Assembly: GCA_963669175.1 (NCBI GenBank)
Contig: OY769902.1
Coordinates: 4,704,001 to 4,768,000, forward strand
From: a bacterium
GTDB lineage: Bacteria > Electryoneota > Electryoneia > Electryoneales > Electryoneaceae
Direction: 5' to 3'
DNA length: 64,000 nucleotides
A model generated the notes under the pieces. It was not told the origin of the DNA. It was given only the letters and a program-made list of their open reading frames with translations, and searched no databases. The position numbers and the translations under genes were made by a program. Shown here piece by piece: positions 56,975-64,000 of this stretch (positions within the stretch are counted from its first letter, which is position 1; each line of letters begins with the position of its first letter).

Positions 56975-57855
56975 CAGATCGGCCTATGAGTAAGCGCCCG
57001 CATGAGCAGGGCGACTTTTTGAAGTTTCGAAACCTCTACATGTCCACTGGACACGGAATAACCGGCTTTGCGCATGGCGTACAACGCTGTCCGTCCCCCG
57101 CCATGAAACAAGATCAACTGGGTTTTCAACGACGCACGAACCCGGTACAATAACGGGCGGCCTCTTTGAAAATACCGTTCCGCTCGAATCGCCTCAAATG
57201 CCAGCAATTCACGCAACGGTTGCGGAGTCGGCTGCTCCGCGAACATCTCTTCGGTCACACTGAAACGCTCCAGATCCTCGAGCGGGAGATAAATCCGGTC
57301 CCGTTCGAGGTAATCCTCGCGAACGTCCTGCATGAAGTTGACCAGTTGCAGCCCGGTGCAGATCGCATCCGACATACGGTCCAGCTCCGGGTCACGATAG
57401 CCGTAAAACCTCAGCACCAACCGTCCCACAGGATCAGCAGAACCGACCGTGTACCCGCGAACGTCACGCCAAGTTTGGTATCGTCCAACCTCCTGGTCCT
57501 GACGAAAGGCGATCAGGAGACGGTCAAAGATGCTTTGCTCCAGACGTCGCGCCTGCACCACCGGTTCCAGCGCTATAAAGGCCGGGTGATCCGGTGGCTC
57601 ACCACGATACAACGAGTCCAGCTTCTCCTGCCATACGTCGAGCGCCGACAGCCGCTTCTGCTTCAGGGCCTCCAACTCGCTGGAAGTCCCTGTCCCCTCG
57701 AGATCGGCACAATCGTCGGCGCCCCGCGCAAAGGCATAGAGCGCGAAGTACTCGTTCTGTTTTTCCGGCGGCAGGAACCACCCGGCGACGGTAAAATTCT
57801 CGTAATGAGTCGTCGCCAGCTCCCGGCACCATTGCTGTGCTTCAGCCAACGTCAT
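56974..57855 (-). CDS. hpnC: Squalene synthase HpnC
   Basis: THYENFTV, YAFAR.ADD, AFRQDQ, SADPVGRLVL, SDAICTGLQL.NF.QD. Confidence 0.9.
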   Translation of the reverse strand: MTLAEAQQWCRELATTHYENFTVAGWFLPPEKQNEYFALYAFARGADDCADLEGTGTSSELEALKQKRLSALDVWQEKLDSLYRGEPPDHPAFIALEPVVQARRLEQSIFDRLLIAFRQDQEVGRYQTWRDVRGYTVGSADPVGRLVLRFYGYRDPELDRMSDAICTGLQLVNFMQDVREDYLERDRIYLPLEDLERFSVTEEMFAEQPTPQPLRELLAFEAIRAERYFQRGRPLLYRVRASLKTQLILFHGGGRTALYAMRKAGYSVSSGHVEVSKLQKVALLMRALTHRPI

Positions 57856-57962
57856 GTTTCTGCCAACCAGAAATATACAAAAAACAGCGAATGACTAACA
57901 AGTTTCAGGACATACTACCTGGCACTTCATTTTCATCGACACCACTCGGCTTTTGACCACGT

Positions 57963-58010
57963 CAGTCCATTGGCCCCGCCAGTCCATTGGCCCCGCCAGC
58001 TTGCTGGCGG
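57963..58010. repeat. 17-bp tandem duplication joined to a hairpin
   Basis: (CAGTCCATTGGCCCCGC)x2 then CCGCCAG-CTTG-CTGGCGG. Confidence 0.7.
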
Positions 58011-58106
58011 TGGTCTACTCTAATTCAATAAAGGATATCTACCATATTCCCCGGCCAGGCATGGCCGGGCTACTTTTTTCACTGCCTACTTTTTTCACTT
58101 CCCAAC

Positions 58107-59465
58107 TTACTTCTCCAGCCTGCCCCGCACCGAAGCAACCACATCTTCCACGATCTTCTTGTATTCCAGCATCCGTTCTTCGGTATCGGCCTCAAAACGC
58201 AGCACCAGCACCGGTTGCGTATTGCTGGGACGGCACAGCCCCCACCCATGATCAAAATTGACCCGTACACCATCAATATCGACCACGTCATAACGCGCCT
58301 TCAGCTCGGTCGCCACTTCCGCAACGACGTCAAACTTGATCTCGTCGGGGCAATCGACACGCATTTCCGGTGTGGACGGATAATTCGGCAGATCCGACAG
58401 CAGCTCGGACAACGGTTTGTCTTCCATCGCTACGATTTCCGCCAACCGTACGGACGCGTAAATCGCATCATCGAAGCCGAACCAGCGATCATTGAAGAAC
58501 ATGTGCCCGCTCATTTCACCCGCCATCTTCGCGCCGGTTTCCTTCAACTTGGCTTTCAGGAACGAATGTCCGGTCCGCCACATGATCGGGTCGCCGCCGT
58601 GTTTGGCGATATCATCGTACAGCGCCTTGGAGCACTTGACCTCACCGATAATCTGCGCACCGGGATTGTCTTTCAGCACATAACGTGAGAACAGGGCCAG
58701 CAGACGATCGCCCCAGAGAATATTGCCCTTGTCATCGATCACGCCGATACGGTCCGCATCGCCATCATAGGCCACGCCGAACTCGAGCTTGTTGTCCAGC
58801 ACGCACTTCCGCACGTCCACCAGGTTCTTTTCCACCGTGGGATCGGGATGATGATTCGGGAAGGCGCCGTCAACCTCGCTGAACAGCTCCAGCGGTTCAC
58901 AGCCAAACGCACGGAACAGGTCCGGCGCAACCAGCCCGCCGACACCGTTGCCACTGTCCAGTACCGTCTGCACCGTACGCTTCAGGGTAATGTTCCCGAC
59001 GATATAATCGATATAGTCCTGCTTGATGTTCTTTTCCTTGATCCAACCTTCGCCGCTGTCGAACTTTTCCGCCACAATGCGACGATAGATTTCCTGGATG
59101 GTGTCACCATACAGGGTTTCCTTCTGGATCAGCATCTTGAAGCCGTTAAACTCGGGCGGGTTGTGCGAGCCGGTGATTTGTACTGCAGCGTCCACGTCCA
59201 TATGGAACTGCGCGAAATACAGAACTGGAGTCGGGACCATGCCCACATCCACGATATCCGCGCCTACGCTGTTCACGCCTTCCGAGAACGCCTGCACCAG
59301 CATCGGGCCGCTGGTCCGCCCGTCACGTCCCACCGCAACCGTCTTGCCGCCGCGTTCCTTCACCCACGTGCCAAACGCCTTCCCGATCAGGTTGGCGACC
59401 TCTTCCGTCAGGTCTTCCCCAATCACACCACGAATATCATACTGCCTGAAAATATGAGGGTTCAT
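58107..59465 (-). CDS. Phosphomannomutase/phosphoglucomutase (AlgC-like)
   Basis: FRQYDIRG, TGSHNP, DGDADR, GEMSGH, RPSNTQP. Confidence 0.95.
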   Translation of the reverse strand: MNPHIFRQYDIRGVIGEDLTEEVANLIGKAFGTWVKERGGKTVAVGRDGRTSGPMLVQAFSEGVNSVGADIVDVGMVPTPVLYFAQFHMDVDAAVQITGSHNPPEFNGFKMLIQKETLYGDTIQEIYRRIVAEKFDSGEGWIKEKNIKQDYIDYIVGNITLKRTVQTVLDSGNGVGGLVAPDLFRAFGCEPLELFSEVDGAFPNHHPDPTVEKNLVDVRKCVLDNKLEFGVAYDGDADRIGVIDDKGNILWGDRLLALFSRYVLKDNPGAQIIGEVKCSKALYDDIAKHGGDPIMWRTGHSFLKAKLKETGAKMAGEMSGHMFFNDRWFGFDDAIYASVRLAEIVAMEDKPLSELLSDLPNYPSTPEMRVDCPDEIKFDVVAEVATELKARYDVVDIDGVRVNFDHGWGLCRPSNTQPVLVLRFEADTEERMLEYKKIVEDVVASVRGRLEK

Positions 59466-59644
59466 CTTGTAATCCTCCCGTTTGTCTTAATGCCTTTGAC
59501 CGGGAATCTAACCACCACACCACGTAAATGAAACTCCATCCCGTCCGAAATAATAGACAGCAGGGATTTGAGAATGGTGAACACGGTCACTTCCGGCTCT
59601 CCCCGCCCCCTATGTCATCCCCAGGTCAGAGCCTGTCCTCGAAT

Positions 59645-59875
59645 GGAGTTGTCGGGGATCAATCGGGGACTTGTGCGCCGAGGCGTATCTCGCAGTTCGA
59701 TGTGAGTAATCATGTGGCCCCGACGGCTTGAAACACGCTGAAGCGAAGTGGAAGCGGCTGCCCGGACGGGACGGGTGGCCCTATTCGCACGTGAGAGTGT
59801 TGACGCTCCTTTTGTTGGATGGATACTGTGATGCAGAAACAGTCCATGACGCCAATTCAGAGTGAATAGGGACGG
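59645..59875 (+). ncRNA. Unassigned structured RNA candidate
   Basis: Several stems with G-U pairs on the + strand and GNRA-type loops; no family recognised. Confidence 0.3.
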
Positions 59876-59926
59876 TGTCAGATCGGAAGCTCTTCGAATG
59901 GAACACAACACTTTATCCCGATGCTC

Positions 59927-61085
59927 TCATGAGGATTGGATGAGGAGAAGGATACAGTGAGAGTTTTTCTGCTGTACTGCAAGTAGAAGCTGTATCACTT
60001 GGGCATCGGCCACCCGTCCGTCAATATATATCCCCATGCCGCTAAATGCTCCTGATATATCACTGCTTTCTATTGTCATTCCTAAAATCGTATTGTTTTT
60101 GATTTCTATGACACTGGAATCATGTTCTGCAATTTTAATCCCGGTGTTACATTGATAAATCTGGTTCCTCACAAGAATTTGTGCATCCGGGCAATGTTTT
60201 GGCAGGTCTTGACGCGACATTCTGTCTTCGGCTTTAGCAATGTTTTCCTGAATAACGATGATGCAGAAACCGCCTCTCGCCCTGTTTTTGTCGCGTTGTG
60301 ACCTGCCACCGATATCAGCATTCTCGCAGTCGTCAGGTCACAACACGATGCCTGACGACGAACTATCATGTAAAATTGCATGCGTAAAGTCGGACAGGTA
60401 TCTGAAATTGCGGTAAAAAACAAGAAAAAGGCATCGTGTCAAGACCTGACGAAACGTGCTCGTCGATTGTATGTACAAATTCTTGTGAGCAGCCATAAAT
60501 CTGATTGTGATTAAAATATACACTATCAGGATTTGGGTTTCCGACATAATGCGCTCCCAATCCAGTTCCGTCACAGTAGCGAATGGTCGAATTCTCCACT
60601 CGCAAAGTGGCATACCCGTATGCTAATATTGCTGCACCATCAGGATATGAGCTTGAATCCGGGTCGCCGCCATACTCAACAGTACAGTATTGAAAGTTCC
60701 CAACAGCACGAGTAGCAGCGTTATCCCCTTCAAAAATGATTTGGCCCCAAGCGCCGGGTATGTGTGTTGAGCTAGTGAAGGTGATTGAATCGGATACTGT
60801 ACCTTCAGCGGTAAGCGTCGCACCACCGTCTATGATGAGAGAATATTCACCTGTGAATCGAACTTCAACACCTGGATAAATCTCAAGGTCAACTCCATTA
60901 AGAACACTGATTGTCGTTGCGCCACCATCAGGGCTGATGTAAACGATGTCCTCTCCAGCTTGGTCACCCCATGTTGTGAGGTTAGCATTTGTGCCATCAA
61001 TGTCTTCTGTGATATCAAGTGCCCACCCAGGGATACTGAAGGCAAGAAGAGTTACTATAACCACTAAGTACTTTCGCCAGTGCAT
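59927..61085 (-). pseudogene. Secreted beta-helix protein interrupted by MITE copy 2 and truncated downstream
   Basis: GGAGG RBS and signal peptide; removing the MITE plus one TSD restores ...NHNQIYQCNTGIKI...; ends at 59927 with no CTD. Confidence 0.8.
60163..60494. mobile_element. MITE copy 2 (332 bp) with 8-bp target-site duplication
   Basis: TIRs GGTTCCTCACAAGAATTTGTGCAT and ATGTACAAATTCTTGTGAGCAGCC; ATAAATCT at 60155-60162 and 60495-60502. Confidence 0.9.
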
Positions 61086-61200
61086 CTTAACCTCCTACAT
61101 TGAAAAATGGATCGAGACTCCATGTCTCGACTGTTTAGGGCCGTGCGGGACGAGCTGTCAACTTGAGCCCGCACGGCCGTCCTTTTCGACTTCAATTAAA

Positions 61201-63999
61201 CTACTTGAGTAGTACTACGCGTTTACGTTCAACCTCCTTCCCCGCGCGGATTTCAAGGAAATACATACCAGAAGCGAGTTCGCTCGCTGTATACGTGATA
61301 TGATGATATCCGGCGGCCAGGATGGAGAAATCCCATATGAAAACTAGCTGACCGAGGATATTGTACAGCTTTAAGGTCAATTCGCTTTTCTCAGGTAGAG
61401 CTATGTGAATGTTTTGTGTGGAGTTGAACGGATTGGGATAAGGAGCATCTACCATGAACTTGTTTGGTAATCCAATGGGTCTCTCTCGAATCCAGAGAGG
61501 GTATTCATAGGACCTTCCATACGGTCCACCCCAGATACCGATATCATTGCGGGTGCTATCAACATCATATAATTCGATCGAAGGAGGACCTGCATCAATT
61601 AATGGTGAGGTGTTATAAAGGTAAAACAGGCTGTCTGCAAATTCGGGGGCAATCAGGAGATTGGTTTCATCAAGAACCAAGTCAGAATCAATGGAGTCAT
61701 TCTCAAAAAACACGTTGTATTGGATGGTAAGCAGGCCATCGTCCGGATCATCGAGTATAGATGATCCGCAGTTTATAAAAACGTTTCCTTCAATTCGGCT
61801 GGCACTTGGACCACCACTATAATTCTCTACGACATGTATAGCGTTGTTTAATCCATAGAAAACATTGTTACGTATAGTATCCGCTGGTGATCTTGTCCAG
61901 ATGCCTCCACCAGATAAACTGTCAGAACCAATAAACAAATTATTACAAATTTTAGCAGTAGCATTGTTGGCATCAGAAATGCTATAGTACCCGTAGGACC
62001 TGTTGAATATGTTGTTTCGAATTTGAACTGAACTTTCCAAGTCAGCACTAATCCATTTAGTATCTTCAAAAACACAATTCGTAATAATGGCTGTTGAACC
62101 AGCGATACGAATCGGTGACAATTCTGAGGGTGAACTTCTATCAATGAAACAACAGGAATCTATTTCAAGCTGCGATGACTGGCTTATACTAACCGCAGTA
62201 TAGCCTCTGACAGAATCGCTACTAAAAAATCTTGATGTACGAACCAAAATAGTGCTTCCATTCCAACCGACTATTCCAACTCCCAAATCAGATAGATTTG
62301 CATTGCTTATCACTACGAAGCTGGATGAGTCAGCATGAATTGCCCAGTCGGCAAAATGAATGTTAGTATATGAAAATCGTGTCGTGTCACTTGGTCCTAA
62401 TAGTTGAATTCCCTGCCACCCTTCAAATACAGCTTCTTCGTTTGCCATAGTAAAATTGATTGAATCCTGAACGGTTCCTTCTGCGATCACAGTACCATAG
62501 ATTGTAATACTACTTCGCTGTTCTTCGTCTTCCACATACCTGAACTGCAATTCGCACCCCGGTTCAATGATAAGGCTATCACCTTCGGGGACGATAATGT
62601 CTTCCACTACGTAGAACGGGCTGTCTTCCACATGCAGAATTCCGCTGATTTCACCCTGCAGGATTGTTCTAACGTCTACGGTTACCATGACAATTGACGA
62701 GTCCGTCTGTCCTTCACCATCCTCAACAACAACCGTGAAGCTGAAGTCCTCCGCATCTTCGGGGACAGTTCCCGATACGGCCGTCGTGTCGCTGACCCAG
62801 TCCAGCTCGTCTTCTTCACTGAGCCATTCAGGCAAGTCCGGGAAGGTGAAGTCAAACGGGCCGTTATCATCTGTCGCCGTGATCTCGATGCGGAGCGCAT
62901 GGCCTGTCCGCGCGAAAACATTTTCCGGGATGGTCTGGACAGGCGGATTGTCGATGGACTGGTCATAGTAGCGCCCCCCGATATCCGCTCGGGTCCCGTC
63001 CGGGTCATTCGGGCTGGCCGGATCACCGGCGTCAATGCACGGGCTGTTCGCCTGCAAGGTATAATCGAAGGGAACACCTGCTCCGAGGAAAGGATTGGTG
63101 ATCATGGACGTGCTGTCAAGTTCCACATTGTCCACTGCTTCAGAGAAGTTATACAGGCAGTTATAGGCTGCTTGAACAGACTGCGCTCCTACTGCGGCGT
63201 CAATACCGATACAATCAACTCCGTCACCCTGGAGCACATTATTCCGTATCGATACCTCTTCCGTATTGGCGATGTAAATGCCACGCGATTGCCCAAGCAG
63301 AGTATTGTTCCGGATGTCCACAGCTTCTGATACGGACATGCTGATCGCGGTCGCGGTAGAATCAATCACATTGTTGTAGATCTCAACACCCGCACACGTA
63401 TTCAGATGAATCGTGCCCATGAAGTAGTTTGCCGCATGCCCGAACAGCTCATTGTGACGAATCACACCACTGGACGCCATCATGTATATGGTCTTCAACA
63501 GACTGTTTTCGATGAGCAGGCTGGACTGATCAGCCGTGATATCGGTTTCATGGCTGACACAACCGCTTGCCAGATCATGAACGTGATAGTCACCGCTGTT
63601 CAGATAATAGATATCAACTGCGCAATCGTAAATCTCTGTGGTGCAATTCAGAAGACGCAACTGATAACCGGTCACACGATAAATGGAATCGATTTGGGGC
63701 GCTGAAAAACCGAGGGTAACATTGGGCGCATAGTTATCATGGAATTCATAAGGACCGCCATCAGACATGTGTGTACTGCTGGCGGTTGGCGTGCCGCCTT
63801 CATTCTTCAGCAGGGTGCAATGGGTGATTTCACCACTGTCAAAATCCATGCAAACCTGGTTTCGCAGGGCAACAATGCGACTATGCCGGACGATGGTTGT
63901 GCCGTTTTGCGATTCGATACCTATATAGGCTGAGTCGATGACAACATACTCGCAATGGATCAGGGTGCCTTCAGTCTCAGCAGTAGAAATGATCCGGTC
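61201..63999 (-). CDS. Paralog of the 38434-41676 beta-helix/CTD protein, 5' end outside the window
   Basis: Frame open to the window edge; shared core DYTLQANSPCIDAGDP...EEDELDW...CELQFRYVEDEE; PYPNPFNSTQ tail. Confidence 0.85.
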   Translation of the reverse strand, partial: DRIISTAETEGTLIHCEYVVIDSAYIGIESQNGTTIVRHSRIVALRNQVCMDFDSGEITHCTLLKNEGGTPTASSTHMSDGGPYEFHDNYAPNVTLGFSAPQIDSIYRVTGYQLRLLNCTTEIYDCAVDIYYLNSGDYHVHDLASGCVSHETDITADQSSLLIENSLLKTIYMMASSGVIRHNELFGHAANYFMGTIHLNTCAGVEIYNNVIDSTATAISMSVSEAVDIRNNTLLGQSRGIYIANTEEVSIRNNVLQGDGVDCIGIDAAVGAQSVQAAYNCLYNFSEAVDNVELDSTSMITNPFLGAGVPFDYTLQANSPCIDAGDPASPNDPDGTRADIGGRYYDQSIDNPPVQTIPENVFARTGHALRIEITATDDNGPFDFTFPDLPEWLSEEDELDWVSDTTAVSGTVPEDAEDFSFTVVVEDGEGQTDSSIVMVTVDVRTILQGEISGILHVEDSPFYVVEDIIVPEGDSLIIEPGCELQFRYVEDEEQRSSITIYGTVIAEGTVQDSINFTMANEEAVFEGWQGIQLLGPSDTTRFSYTNIHFADWAIHADSSSFVVISNANLSDLGVGIVGWNGSTILVRTSRFFSSDSVRGYTAVSISQSSQLEIDSCCFIDRSSPSELSPIRIAGSTAIITNCVFEDTKWISADLESSVQIRNNIFNRSYGYYSISDANNATAKICNNLFIGSDSLSGGGIWTRSPADTIRNNVFYGLNNAIHVVENYSGGPSASRIEGNVFINCGSSILDDPDDGLLTIQYNVFFENDSIDSDLVLDETNLLIAPEFADSLFYLYNTSPLIDAGPPSIELYDVDSTRNDIGIWGGPYGRSYEYPLWIRERPIGLPNKFMVDAPYPNPFNSTQNIHIALPEKSELTLKLYNILGQLVFIWDFSILAAGYHHITYTASELASGMYFLEIRAGKEVERKRVVLLK

Positions 64000-64000
64000 G

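Noticed and set aside
59673-59930. Complete group II intron
   Set aside because: Only a GTGCG pentamer matches; no domain V/VI or intron-encoded protein seen.
39760-63060. Diversity-generating retroelement TR/VR pair in the beta-helix paralogs
   Set aside because: Differences involve all four bases and include many synonymous changes, not adenine-specific ones; no reverse transcriptase present.

Overview
Chromosomal window from a Gram-negative bacterium. Seven proteins or fragments carry a YPNP-type C-terminal sorting domain, and a sigma54-activator/lptE pair is present, so an FCB-superphylum lineage (Calditrichota/Electryoneota-like) is inferred but not proven. The left half holds housekeeping and envelope genes (HD-GYP, ABC permease, dapF, tkt, lepB, tRNA-Ala, a large Alu-type SRP RNA, murJ, waaF, a TsaC-LMW-phosphatase fusion, lptE) and an 11-gene receptor-less chemosensory operon (dual-Hpt CheA, two CheD, two CheX, two CheY, HDOD). 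The right half holds very large secreted proteins (an S8 protease, two paralogous beta-helix proteins, a 2590-aa acidic multidomain protein), frr, an M23 peptidase, a stand-alone MshEN-repeat protein, hpnC/hpnD and a PMM/PGM. The best candidate for an undescribed system is a [D/N]ELD motif repeated six times at domain junctions or loops of the secreted proteins, which suggests Asp-specific (caspase-like) polyprotein maturation. Also found: a twice-present ~331-bp MITE with nested palindromes and an 8-bp TSD, other REP-like elements, a duplicated two-gene module whose second gene is broken in both copies, a conserved intergenic two-hairpin element, and an unannotated structured RNA candidate at ~59.65-59.87 kb.
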